A stretch of DNA of 64,000 nucleotides, from NCBI RefSeq assembly GCF_006345805.1, contig NC_043001.1, positions 135,284,001-135,348,000 on the forward strand, in the 5' to 3' direction. Under the pieces are notes generated by a model. It searched no databases and was not told the origin of the DNA. It worked only from the letters and a program-made list of their open reading frames with translations. Positions 12,313 through 25,812 of this stretch are shown piece after piece; the first letter of the stretch is position 1; each line of letters starts with the position of its first letter. A program made the position numbers and the translations under genes. The stretch is from Octopus sinensis. Its lineage: Eukaryota.

Positions 12313-13064
12313 AGGCTAGTTTCCAAAGCAAAGCAGATTGATTTATTCTTTGAATTATGGCAGATAATAAGAGATGGATTCAGGCAAGCTATTCTGGTTT
12401 TTCCTATTGATTTCTTGCATTTTCTTAAATCAAAGGCTCTATTACATGGCAAAGAAGTTTCCAGCAACATGAGATGATTTTCTTGGAGTTAAAAGAATAT
12501 TGAAATTAATCTAAATAACATAAAAAAGGACAGGTGAGAAAACATCTTATTTTGATTTTTGTTTTTTTTCTCTTGTTTTTTTTTAACCTCTTTTCCTTTC
12601 TTGTGAAACATGTGGACCTCTGATACAATGGAAAATTGTTTGAGCTATTTACATCACAGTCTATATTTTGTAGCTTCCTCTGCTCAAAATTGCCAATTTT
12701 TATTCTTCCTTTTTGGTGTTTTCTGATATAAGGAACTGTATTTATGACATAAAGTGGTTACTACTAGGTAAAAACATGATATGTCTTGAAGCTATATATG
12801 AAGAATGTAGAATAGCTAAACTCAACAACAAGAGAATAGAAGCAGTTTTAATAAAGAAGATATTAAATTAAAAGAAACCCTCAAGTGTTACAAGAAAAAT
12901 GTTACATGATTGACAAAACATAACTGGAAACTAAAATATATTACTTGAGCTAACAAGAAAATCCCAGCATAGTCATAGGCACAGGCATGACTGTGTAGTA
13001 AGAAGCTTGCTGCCCAACCACGTGATCCTGGGTTCAGTCCTTTGTGAGGTACATTTGGGCAAAT

Positions 13065-13298
13065 TAAGGTGGCGAGCTGGCAGAAACGTTTGCACGCTGG
13101 GCGAAATGCGTAGCCGTATTTCGTCTGCCGTTACGTTCTGAGTTCAAATTCCGCCGAGGTCGACTTAACCTTTCATCCTTTCGGGGTCGATTAAATAATT
13201 ACCAGTTATGCACTGGGGTCGATATAATCGACTTAATCCGTTTGTCTGTCCCTGTTTGTCCCCTCTGTGTTTAGCCCCTTGTGGGTAGTAAAGAAATA
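13065..13298 (+). mobile_element. SINE-A inserted into a SINE-B head
   Basis: 19-bp TSD gaggtacatttgggcaaat at 13046-13064 and 13299-13317; SINE-B sequence on both sides (~12975-13400). Confidence 0.88.
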
Positions 13299-14324
13299 GA
13301 GGTACATTTGGGCAAATACCTTCTACTTTGGCCTCAGGCTGATGAGTCTTGTGAGTGGATTTCGTCGACAGAAATTGAAAGAAACCTCTTGCACTTATTT
13401 ATGTCTAGAATAGGAAGGCTTTAGGCCACCAATGATCTAAACTAATAGGTATGCTGTCTGAGTGCTTCAATTGATAAGCTACTAGGATCCAAGTTCACAA
13501 TGGGAGCTGAAGTTGGAGACCTGGAGCTTACTTCTGAGTCAGTGGATACAAATTAAAGGAAGAGGAAAACAAAACCAAAGCAGGACAGGTTTATCAAATC
13601 AATTACAATATTTAAATTATTATAATGGTGAATCAAAGTAAGCAAGAGTAATTAATAATGTTTTCCAGTTCCCTTTAATTTAAATCTATAATTATGTGTG
13701 TGTGTGTGTGTCTTTGACAGTGTTTGCCTCTCACCATCACCTGACAACTGGTGTTGGTTTATGTTCATCTCTATAACTGAGTGGTTCGGCAAAAGAGACC
13801 AATAGAATAAGTATCCGGGGTTTAAAACAACAAAAAATTGGGGTCAATTCATTCAGCTAAAAATTCTTCAAGCTGGTTCCCCAGCATGGCCACAGCCTAC
13901 TGGCTAAAACACGTAAAAAATAAAAAATGGATAAAAAGATATAGTAACTCATTTTACTAGAAATACTAACCAAATATCTCTTAAATCACACCCTGCTATA
14001 TTAATGATGGATGGATACCTTAGAGAATGTTGTTCTACCTAAACTCTGTCTGAAATTGAGATAAGGTTAATCACAGCTGGAACACCTTTCATCAGCTGTA
14101 TCAGAAAATGATTGAGTGGTGGGGTTAAGGGTCACAACAACAGCAACCCCCCCCCCCCGAAATATTTCTCTCGCCTACCCCTTCTCTCTCTCTCTCTCTC
14201 TGCTCATGTTAATAATGTGTGTGTGTGTGTGTGTGTATTTGTGAATGTTTGTTTTTGCATGTCTAAAGAGTGAGAATAAATGCATGTTTATCAGTCAGAC
14301 ATACACTTGTAAACATCTTTCACA

Positions 14325-14361
<37 letters not shown>

Positions 14362-14413
14362 GCACACACACACAAGCACACACACACAAGCACACACACA
14401 CAAGCACACACAC

Positions 14414-14444
<31 letters not shown>

Positions 14445-15070
14445 CAAGCACACACACACAAGCACAACACACACAAGCACACACACACAAGCACACACAC
14501 ACCACACAACACACACACACACACACACACAAGCACAACACACACAAGCACACACACAGAGACACACACACACACTCTTGAGCTTCGTGACATATTTTTA
14601 TTTGTCTCAATATATTTGTTAGTCTGTATTTCTCATACCTGTACATCCACACACACACACACACACACAGAGACACACACACACACACACACACATGCAC
14701 ACATTAATACACACACACACATTAATACACACATACACATTAATACACACACACACAAATTAATACACAAACACACACACATTAACACACACACATTAAT
14801 AAACACACACACACACATTAATACACACACACAAATTAATACACAAACACACACACATTAACACACACACATTAATACACACACACACACACATTAATAC
14901 ATACACACACACACACATTAATACACACACACACACATTAATACACACACACACACATTAATACACACACACACATTAATACACACACATTAATACACAC
15001 ACACACACACACATTAACACACACACATTAATACACACACACACATTAATACATACACTTATACACACAC
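14325..15070. repeat. (CA)n-derived minisatellites (cacaagca and cattaatacaca units)
   Basis: Repeated att-aat or aag interruptions at roughly 10-22 bp spacing within CA runs. Confidence 0.85.
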
Positions 15071-15426
15071 AAAGACAGCAATGTACATGCAATGTAAATA
15101 AATGAGAAATTTGGAAGCAATTATAAAGATAAACATCTTTGTGTTGAGATAAACTTCCATAATCTGAATTATTTAACATGTGTCTGAGAGGCAATTGGAT
15201 TGTAGTTATACATTAAAGGGCCGTTTTAATATGTGTGTGGGTTCTGTGTAAGTGTGTGTATTTGCATGTGTGTCTGTTTGCATTTCGCTGTGTTGTGTGT
15301 CTGATGTGTGTGGTGTGTGTGTGTGTGTGTGTGCATGTGTTTGTGTGTAGCTGTGTGTGTGTGTGTGTGTATTTATAAAGCATCTGTGTGCATTGACAGC
15401 CACTGCCACCATCGTCGTTATTATCA

Positions 15427-15855
15427 TCACCACCACCAACCACTACTGCCACAGCCATCACCACCACCAACCACTACTGCCACAGCCATCACCACCACCA
15501 ACCACTACTGCCACAGCCACAGCCACCACCACCACCAACCACTACTGCCACTGCCACCACCACCACCAACCACTACTGCCACTGCCACCACCACCACCAA
15601 CCACTACTGCCACAGCCATCACCACCACCAACCACTACTGCCACAGCCACCACCACCACCAACCACTACTGCCACAGCCATCACCACCACCACCACCAAC
15701 CACTACTGCCGCAGCCATCACCACCACCACCACCAACCACTACTGCCACCGCCATAGCCATCACCACCACCAACCACTACTGCCACCGCCATCACCACCA
15801 CCAACCACTACTGCCACAGCCACCACCACCACAACCACCACTGCTACCACCACCA
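15427..15855. repeat. 31-bp GC-rich minisatellite, ~13 units
   Basis: Unit caaccactactgccacagccatcaccaccac; aaccactactg at 15438, 15469, etc., with variable CAC number. Confidence 0.85.
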
Positions 15856-16255
15856 CCACCACCACCATAATTACTAGTGTGATCCGATCAGATTTTCTAT
15901 GATGTTAAATTATTTTCATTTTTACTCTCGTTTCATTGATTGATTCCAGAGGCTTGTACTTACCCTTCCTCACCATTCCACCTCAATCCACACCCTATAT
16001 CGTTAGAGTGGGTGGTACGTTACTCTCTACACCACCCACTATATTATTCAGTTTGCCTATGTTGATAGAATCTATCATTGTCATTAATATTTCCCTAGTT
16101 AAACCATCATCAGTGGTAATAATATCCCCCCCCCCCACTGATTCTCTGGACAACATGAATCATATCAATGTGATGGATTAATATCCATCTTCATGGAAAG
16201 AAGCAGAGGGATAACCAGAGCAGCTAGAGCTTCTGTTTATGTTTTCAGATATGTA

Positions 16256-16669
16256 TACTCTCTTTTACTCTCTCTTTTACTTGTTTCAGTCATTTGACTG
16301 CGGCCATGCTGGAGCACCGCTTTAGTCGAGCAACTCGACCCCGGGACTTATTCTTTTTGTAAGCCCAGTACTTATTCTATCGGTCTCTTTTTGCCGAACC
16401 GCTAAGTGACGGGGACTAAAAAACACACCAGCATCGGTTGCCAAGCAATGCTAGGGGAAAAACACAGACACACAAACACACACACATACACATATATATA
16501 TATACGACAGGCTTCTTTCAGTTTCCGTCTACCAAATCCACTCACAAGGCATTGGTCGGCCTGAGGCTATAGTAGAAGACACTTGCCCAAGGTGCCACGC
16601 AGTGGGACTGAACCCGGAACCATATGGTTGGTTAGCAAGCTACTTACCACACAGCCACTCCTGCGCCTA
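16256..16669 (-). mobile_element. SINE-B, complete, well preserved
   Basis: Head taggcgcaggagtggctgtgtgg to tail gaaacaagtaaaagag on the minus strand; CpGs retained. Confidence 0.88.
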
Positions 16670-17049
16670 TGTATGTGTCCTGTATGTTTCTGTGCATATA
16701 TATCATCATTGAGTTACGACCTGGTGGCCATAACCCGAATTTACAAAATCAACGAGGATAGGATGAACCCAAAACAACAACACACCACAAAGTCTTTTGT
16801 AGAATATTATTAACAATTGTTAGCATAAAAAGAAAACAGCCCACATACAAAACAAACATATATGAACAAAAATAAACCAATGCCACACCAGATGTGCAGT
16901 CAAAATATTTACAAAGGTAACATATGTATATACAGTTCAGAAATTCGGACTTAGAATCCCGGCTTCACCAACTTGATTTCACAAACTTGGATCCATAACT
17001 CTGGATTCGCAAGTTTTGGTTTCACTGAAATTGGCCTCACACAGTATGC

Positions 17050-17958
17050 TCTGTTTGATGTGTAATGTCAGTGTGCATACTTGACAGTGTTAATGCCTTG
17101 ATAGAAAAGTTGGACCTAAGAAGCATCAGATGTAGTGTGCAAGAGAAACTACTGCACTGGTATGGCTATGAGGCAAGAATGGATGTGGATAGCTGTGTGA
17201 AAAAGTGCCACACTCTAGCAGTAGAGGGAACCTGTGGAAGAGGTAGACCCAGGTAGATCTGGGATAAGGTGGTGAAGCATGACCTTTGAACATTGGGCCT
17301 CACCGAGGCAATGACTAGTGACCGAGACCTTTGGAAATATGCTGTGCTTGAGAAGACTCGGCAAGTGCAAGTGAGACCATAACCTTGTGGCCTATGCCAG
17401 GGGTGTAACCAGCCCACTTATGCGTATCTTTCCTACATTGGACACTAAACTCTGCTTGTGAAGACCTGTTGAGGCAAGTGAAATCGAAATGGAAATCAAA
17501 TTTGATGACTGGCATCCGTTGCTAGTGGAGCACTAAGAGTACCATATGAACGAGATTGTTGCCAGAGCAACAAGCTGGTCTCCATGCCGATGGCACGTTA
17601 AAAGCACCATTCGAACATGATCGTTACCTACGTCACCTTACTAGCATGTGTGCTGGTGGCATGTGAACAAAACATTCGAGCAAGGTTGTTACCAGTGCCT
17701 CTGGACTGACCCCTTTGCAGGTGGCACATAGAAAGCACCATTTGAGCGTGGCCATTGCCACTACCACCTGACTGGCCCTCGTGCTGGTGGCACATAAAAG
17801 CACCCACTACACTTTTGGAGTGGATGGCGTTAGGAAGGGCATCAAGCTGTGGAAGCTCTGCCAGATCAGATTGGGGTCTGGTGCAGCCATCTGGTTCGCC
17901 AGTCCTCAGTCACATCGTCCAACCCATGCTAGCATGGAAAGCGTACGTTAAATGATGA
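17050..17958 (+). mobile_element. 5'-truncated RTE-type LINE (ORF2 C-terminus plus 3'UTR)
   Basis: WYGYEARMD...VEGTCGRGRPR*IWDKVVKHDL..SDRDLWKYAV; 3'UTR with gtgctggtggcac repeats, ending acgttaaatgatgat. Confidence 0.8.
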
Positions 17959-18260
17959 TACATATATATACATATATATATAAATATACACATACATACA
18001 TACATGTGTGTGTATATATATGTATATATATATGTATGTATGTGTATATGTATATGTATGTATGTGTATATGTATGTATGTGTATATATGTATGTGTATA
18101 TATATGTATGTGTATATATATGTATATATATGTGTATATATATGTATGTATATATATATATATTATATATATATATATATATATACACATATATATATGT
18201 ATGTGTATATATATATATACATATATATATAATATATTATATATATACCATACATATATG

Positions 18261-18300
<40 letters not shown>

Positions 18301-18703
18301 CATATATGTATGTATATATATATATATAATATATATACACACACATACATATACTATGTGTATATATATATATACATATACGTATGTGTATATATATATA
18401 TATATATATACATATACGTATGTGTATATATATATATATACATATACGTATGCATATATATATATAATATATATACACATACATATATGTATGTATATAT
18501 GTGTATATATATGTATGTGTATATATAATATAATATATATATATATATACACATATATATATGTATGTGTATATAATATATATATATATATAAATATATA
18601 TATATATAACATACATATATGTATATATATATATAATATATATATATATATATACATATATGTATGATATATATATATATATATACACATACATATATGT
18701 ATG

Positions 18704-18735
<32 letters not shown>

Positions 18736-18945
18736 TACATATACATATGTGTATATATTATATATATACGTATGTGTATATATATATATATATATATATA
18801 CATATACGTATGTGTATATATATATATATATATACATATACGTATGCATATATATATATATATATATATACACATACATATATGTATATATATATGTGTA
18901 TGTGTATATATATGTGTATGTTTATATATGTATGTGTATATATAT
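17956..18945. repeat. Long compound (TA)/(TACA)/(TATG)n microsatellite
   Basis: Direct reading. Confidence 0.95.
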
Positions 18946-19034
18946 ATAAATGTAAACAAATATTTGTTTGTTTACATTTATACACACATGGTTGTTCTAT
19001 AAAGCGAAGGTATTTGGCAGTGAATTTGTCAGTG

Positions 19035-19107
19035 AGCAGTTTAGCTTAATGGTAAAGCACTCAGCGGGAATCTTTGAGAGATATGGGTTCAAGTCCCATG
19101 GCTGGTT
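19035..19107 (+). pseudogene. tRNA-like sequence with upstream TATA
   Basis: AGCAGTT-TA-GCTT AATGGTA AAGC-A-CTCAG CGGGAAT CTTTGAG-AGAT-ATGGG TTCAAGT CCCAT-GGCTGGT-T; tataaa at -37; homologous to 47649-47722. Confidence 0.55.
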
Positions 19108-20033
19108 GTTGACAAATTTCTCTGCCTTGTAAGGGTAATTTACCAAGTATTTCTGGCATTCTAACGGCAATGTTGCATTGGAAAAAAATATCTTCTTCTT
19201 ACACGCATACACACACATACAATGGGATTCTGCACAGTTTCTGTCTACCAAATTTATTTACAAGGCATTGGTTAGCCAAGGGCCATAGTAGAAGTAGCTT
19301 GCTCAAGGTTGTACACAGTGGGAATGAACCTGAAACCTTGCAGTTACAAAGCAAGTTTCTTAACCATTCAGCCATGCCTGCAACAAACAGAAAAGCAAGT
19401 TCTTTTTACATCTTCTCTTTTGAAGTCTACAGAAATTCTGTGCTTATAAACCTATTATTATTTAGGGTTTAAGTAAATTGGATAAACTCATTTGCACATA
19501 AAACATATTCGGAAGATAATTTGATCAATAAATTAATAATTTATTAACAGAGTACTATAACAATGTACTATACAATTGACATCAGGATTGTTGGTGATGC
19601 TCCCAATTAATATCTAAATATAAATGCTTCATCTGAATGTATTTTCATGTTGTGGAAAATTTTCTGTCTGACAAGTTCTCTAATAGGAAATTCCTTACAT
19701 GTCTATATAACATGTAAATTCTTATTGGAAAATGAAACGTTGGTAATGGAGAATAAATAATACCAAAAAATTTCAATTTTCCTGCTTGTTTATCCAACAA
19801 GTCTGCAATTAATATTTTCATAATCCTTAATTTTAATATTAGTCTTGATTTACATACACCAGTAATAATGGATACGTATTGATTGTGATAATGGAATACG
19901 CAGATGTGCTTCAAGAAGAAACAGCTGGGATATCTTCTACTATAGCCCTGGGTCAGCAAGTTCCTTGTGATTGAATTTGGTAGACCGACAGTGTGTGGTG
20001 ATCCTTCAGATACATTTCACACACTCACACACA

Positions 20034-20072
<39 letters not shown>

Positions 20073-21709
20073 AATGTGTGTGCTTATGTTTGTCTCATCC
20101 ATCAGTTGACAACTGGTGTTGGTTTGTAACTTAGTGGTTCACCAAAAGTCACTGATAGAATAAGTACAAGATTCCAAAAAAATATGTACTGGGGTCAGTT
20201 TGTCTGACTACACTTTTCAGTGCAGTGCATCGCCATGACTGAAGTCCAATGACGGAAGCAAGCAGAGGAAGATAAAAGAAGATGCAAATCACACAATCCA
20301 TTTTACTCAAGTTTTAATAATACAGGGATCAATGTGAACAGTAAGTGAGAACACGCAGTCAATGAAGAAGTCCCAACACAGGACTGAAACTAGTTCAAGT
20401 TATCCCTTGTTTTTGTTTACAAAGATTTTTTTTATATAAAGACAATGTCGTTTATATCTGTCTATAGATACAATGTTGGTTAAAAACCTTTGGATATAAT
20501 GTGTAGTACATTATAACATTGAAACAAGACACTGTTAATGCACCAGTGGTTTCCTTATTGTTATTAATGCTTGACATTTCATTGAGACATACAGTCTGCT
20601 CTCTACTTTCACTTTCTTTTTCTATATTGTTCACCTCCCCACCATACACATACATACCTATATATACTGAGACTTGTGTATATATATAAGAAAATAAGAT
20701 GACAAAGGAATAAATAATTATCGTATATTTGTGTGTATATATATATATATATATATATCTAGCTATTTAAATATCTATCTACATCTCTTTTTCTTCATAT
20801 ATATATATATATAAGTACTGTTTTGATGTCGTTTTCTAAAATGTTAATACAAACAAATGCACTGGTTATAGTTCACTCGTTTATTGTTAACTAATCCATT
20901 GATTATTGATTAGTCTGTTTGGTTTGTCAAAAAATATTTTTGTCACACATCTGTGACCTTTCCAACTGACTTCCTTTTCACAACTGATTATATATAAATA
21001 TATTTTATTTGTTACTTGTATGTTACCGAGAATGTGCATGTATTATGTTAGCATATGTGTGTTTGTATATGTGCACGAATATGTGTGTATATGAAATTGG
21101 AAACGCATTCATATGTGGGTATGTAATTAATGGTGTGTGTTTGTGTTCTATGTTTTTATTTTTCATGCTGGCTACTCTTCATATAAATTTTGCTTTTACA
21201 TCCTAATTCTTCAGCTTGCTGTAATTTAGTTGCAAGTTTCTTATGAAGTGAAGTCGTTTCTTCTTCATACCATTGGTTTTTCAGCTTCTTGTTAGTTTGG
21301 TTATAGTTTGCAATATTTCATTTCGTATTTGCCTTGCAAAAATATTTTTATGAGAGCGCGTTGTATTTTGTCTGAGTATTTCTGCTAAAAATCACTCATG
21401 CATTGTTTATAGTTCACTACTTCCTTATTTAATTCGTGTTGTTTGACTCTTGGATTCTGGGTCACCCTTCATCTAATGCTGACTAGTATATTTGTGTTTT
21501 TCTTTTCCTCAATGCCAAGCACGGCATGTCACCTAGTCTAATACCATGCAACTGGTTCATGATTCATGAGTGCCTTTAGCATAGTTGAATCTCTTGCAAG
21601 CATTCAAACCAAGCTTCCAGTTAATGGTTTCCATGAGCACCTTAGCCCTTTATAACTCCCCAATATACCAAAAACTAAAACTAGACCTACTAGACAATTC
21701 CCCTTCCTT

Positions 21710-22090
21710 TCTAACATTCAGGGGTTTCAATCCAGTCTAGGGCCTTACAGATCATCCCTTACTAATGCTCAAACACTACATCTATTCCTTTCCAAGTCGT
21801 ACATCTCTCACTCCTTATCTATACTCCATCTCTACTGTCTAGGTTACATTCTTTACTCAAATGCTACTATGAAAGGTGATGTCTGTTCATATATTGATTC
21901 TTCTCTCTCTGCCATTCACCTCTTTCCCCCTGGATATCAGCAAGAAAAACAGTCTTCCTCCTTCATCTATTTTCACTTTTACACTCCAAACTCCTTCTGC
22001 CACTAAGAACTCTTTAATCATACTTCTTACATGGAAGACATCTGTCTCACTTTACTCCTTTCCAAGGCAATCATCCTCTGTAACTTCAAT
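21710..22090 (+). mobile_element. Decayed LINE AP-endonuclease relic
   Basis: Fragments SNIQGF, KGDVCSYI, AIILCNFN resemble NIRGL / GGVCxY / ILGDFN motifs; frameshifted. Confidence 0.4.
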
Positions 22091-22465
22091 GGCCCAGTGG
22101 TTAGGGCAGCGGACTCGCGGTCATAGGATCGCGGTTTCGATTCCCAGACCGGGCGTTGTGAGTGTTTATTGAGCGAAAACACCTAAAAATGCTCCACGAG
22201 GCTCCGGCAGGGGATGGTGGTGATCCCTGCTGTACTCTTTCACCACAACTTTCTCTCACTCTTACTTCCTGTTTCTTTTGTACCTGTATTTCAAGGGGCC
22301 GGCCTTGTCACTCTCTGTGTCACACTGAATATCCCCGAGAACTACGTTAAGGGTGCACGTGTCTGTGGAGTGCTCAGCCACTTACACGTTAATTTCACGA
22401 GCAGGCTGTTCCGTTGATTCGGATCAACCGGAACCCTCATCGTTGTAACTGACGGAGTGCTTCCA
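22087..22465 (+). mobile_element. SINE-C, slightly 5'-truncated
   Basis: Highly similar to 6895-7290. Confidence 0.85.
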
Positions 22466-23544
22466 CCCATACATGTATGGGTTTTTGCTTCCATGTAGTT
22501 TTGCTTAATATTGTTGTTAAGCAGTTGTTGGTGCCGTGTCTTATCTGTCCTGAATAGGCTTCTCATTTTGTCTGAAAAACAGTAATTCTTAATTAATTTC
22601 TTAATTAATTTCTTAATTCATTTAATATTGGATTTCTGTTTAGTTTGGAAGGCATTATTATACTTACAAAACTTTAATGTTTGCTACAAAATCCTAGAGG
22701 CCTAATTCAAAGAGTGCTGGGGACTTAATTCTTGAGGGACATTTCCATATATTAATATAATAATAGCATGCTGGTATATCAGTTGGGTCAGAATCAAAGA
22801 AAACGGCTTTCCAGCTTCATGCATTTAACTAGTTCCTCAGTGTTTTTTTGTTTTTTTTTTTACCAATAATTTCTTGATGTAAAATTCATTTGAAGGAGTT
22901 AGAATATTTCTGCTTGAGTAGTTTAAGTGGTATCAATCCATAATCAATACAGTTACTTATTCAATATGGAGAGTGCTCAACTATATATCAAGTATCAATA
23001 TATCACAAATCGTTAAAACATATCTTGATATACAATAACATACAATATGGATGTTGTAACCTTAGATTTCTAATACATATACGTTTGTGTGTGTGTGTAT
23101 GATACATATAGACACACAGACACTTATCTATCTGTGTATTGCATTGAATCGATGATCGTGTTGCAGTTTTATCCTTTTTAACTAAGATTTTCTTTTTTTA
23201 TATTTCCATATGTTTTGCTGGAAATTTCTGTAGAACAGTTAGTTTCTAAATTCATTATCAACTTTTCTTGACTTTCACATTATCATCTTCAGGATGAAGT
23301 GATGTTAATGTGAGTTGCTGCTATTTTATTGAAGGAGGTCCAATATGATTGATGTAGACGTTATCATTAGAATTTGACATTTGTCTGTTAGATTTAATAT
23401 CATCAGTCAAACTTGTGTGTATGGTCTGTAGTGAAGGTGTGTAGCTTAGTTAGGTTAGGGTGTTAGGCCCACAATTGTTAGGTCATGAGTTTGGATCCCA
23501 ACAATGCATTGTGTCCTTGAGCAAGACACTAGTTGGTTTGGCTC

Positions 23545-23790
23545 GAAGATTCCATCTTGCAATTCTTCCCTATAATGTTCTAATTAGTACAAGAGCAGAC
23601 AAGTAATGGCTCAATTTGGAGAATCTCCCTGATCTCCAAGCTATGCACCCTGTCAAATAACATTACTCCAGAGATCCTTCTGAGGAACCCCATTTTGGCC
23701 ACTTGTATCTGCAATTGTATTTTGGTCAATACCCAACATTCATAACCAAACTGAAGATAGAAAGTTTGGCTTTTTTACCAACCTCTCCTC
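23545..23790 (-). mobile_element. RTE-clade (Rex3-like) LINE fragment
   Basis: GYECWVLT..IQVAKMGFLRRISGVMLFDRVHSLEIREILQIEPLL. Confidence 0.65.
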
Positions 23791-24249
23791 TTCTGAGGAT
23801 TGAATACAAGAGCCGGTTGATTACTGTGCCAGCACAGTTATTTTAGTAGCTTTAATAATTATTTCTAATTATCAATTGAGGTAAGCAGGTGAGCTGGTAG
23901 AATCATTAGCACACCTATTAAAATGCTTAGCAGTGTTATTTCTGGTTTCACATGCTGATTTCAAATACTGAAGAGGTCAAATTTGCCTTTCATTCTTTCA
24001 GGGTCAATAAAATAAGCTCCAGTTGAGCACTGGGGTCAGTGTAATTGACTGGTCCTCTCTCCGCCAAAATTTCAGGCCTTGTGCCCATGGTAGAAAAAAA
24101 TTATTAATTAGGGTAAAGGTTAATTGTTTCTAATTGAAGCACAAGGTCTATTACATAGATCACAGCCTCCATAGCTAGACTAATTATGATCATATAATAG
24201 ATTACATGCAGTGTCATATGACATCTAATTAATCTTGATGAATTACTCT

Positions 24250-24450
24250 TTTTTTTACTCTTTTACTTGTTTCAGTCATTTGACTGTGGCCATGCTAGAG
24301 CACCACGTTTAGTCAAGCAAATCGACCCCAGGACGTATTCTTTGTAAGCCTAGTACTTATTCTATTGGTCTCTTTTGCTGAACTGCTAAGTTACAGGGAT
24401 GCAAACACACCAGCATCAGTTGTCAAGCGATGTTGGGGGGACAAATACAG

Positions 24451-24524
<74 letters not shown>

Positions 24525-24685
24525 TGTACTTCTTTCAGTTTCCATCTACCAAATCCACTTACAAGGCTTTGGTTGGCCTCAGGTTATAGTAGTAAACACA
24601 TGCCCAAGGTGCCACGCAGTGGGACCGAACCTGGAACCATGTGGTTGGTAAGCAAGCTACTCACCACACAGCCACTGCTATGCCT
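24250..24685 (-). mobile_element. SINE-B with expanded internal (CA)n
   Basis: Matches 16256-16669. Confidence 0.82.
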
Positions 24686-25165
24686 CAAATCCTAACAGAA
24701 TGGTTTATAAGAAGTCTACGCTTAATTCAGGAAATAAATACCAAATATAGACAGCCAGAAAATGGTTTTAGCCTCATTGATATCAAATGGTTTGAGACAT
24801 TTTCTAGTTCTATGATACAAACTTTCTGTCTTAAAGTGATTTAAATTAAAACTTTCCAAAAAAATTTCATGTGAATCTAAGTTCCAAATGATAGCTTCAT
24901 AATGACCAAGTTATATTACTAATTCTTAAATTAACTGAAATGAAGATAACGTATTTCAACAAAAATATGCTCGCAAAGCATTAAGATGGTTTGAAAGCTG
25001 AAACCTTGGCAGGGCAGCAGCTACTTTCTCTCACATGCTCTTGTTAATTCGATTGTTTAGCCAAACAATGTCTGTAGTAAGAAACATGCAGAAAGGGGTC
25101 AACATAACAAATTAATTTACATTATTTACATTCAACGGATATTTGTCCTCATCTTGTTTGTTGTT

Positions 25166-25211
25166 AACACAATGTTTCAGCTGATATACCCTCCAACCTT
25201 CTTCAGGTGTC
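25166..25211 (-). ncRNA. Hammerhead motif (type I, CpG-decayed)
   Basis: gacac-CTGAAGA-a-ggttg gagggtatat cagct-GAAA-ca-TT-gtgtt; 5-bp stem I; reversing the CpG changes restores CCGAAACGT. Confidence 0.65.
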
Positions 25212-25309
25212 TTGGGGAAATTTCGAACCTGGGTTATCATTCCTAAGGTATTTTTTCCATGTTATTATTATTATTATTATTATTATTATCATTATTATCA
25301 TCAGCCAAA

Positions 25310-25812
25310 TGAAACCATAACCTGTGGCCCATGCCAGGAGCGTAACCAGCTCGCTTGTGCGTACGTTTTCCTTCTTTGGTCACTAAACTCTGCTTGCGAA
25401 GACCTGTTGAGGCAAGCAAAATCAAAATCAAAATCAAATTCGATGACTGGCATCCGTGCTAGCAGGATGCAAAGAGCACCATACAAGTGTGATTGTTGAC
25501 AGAGCGGCTAACCAGCTTCCATGCCAGTGGCACATAAAATGGCACCATTCGAGTGTGATCATTACCAACTTCACCTTACTGGCACCTGTGCTGGTGGCAT
25601 GTGTAAAAAGATTTGAGCGAGGTCATTGCCAGTACCGCCTGACTAGCCCCCATGCTGGTGGCATGTAAAAAGCACCCACTACACTCTTGGAGTGGTTGGT
25701 GTTAGGAAGGGCATCCAGCTGTAGAAACTCTGCCAGATCAAGATTGGGGCCCAGTCAAAATTGTCCGACCCATGCTAGCATGGAAAGCGGACGTTAAATG
25801 ATGATGATGATT
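25310..25812 (+). mobile_element. RTE-LINE 3'UTR fragment
   Basis: Same 3'UTR as 17390-17958, ending cggacgttaaatgatgatgatg. Confidence 0.75.

Noticed and set aside
10796-18985. 200-270 aa Y/I/M/C/V/H/T ORFs
   Set aside because: (TA)/(TATG)/(CA) repeats lacking stop codons.
20325-20345. Possible 15-nt microexon before gtaagt
   Set aside because: Weak acceptor and no host gene context.
21190-21340. K/E/Q-rich minus-strand frame NKKLKNQWYEEETTSLHKKLATKLQQAEELG
   Set aside because: Short, stop immediately upstream, no recognisable family or splice sites.
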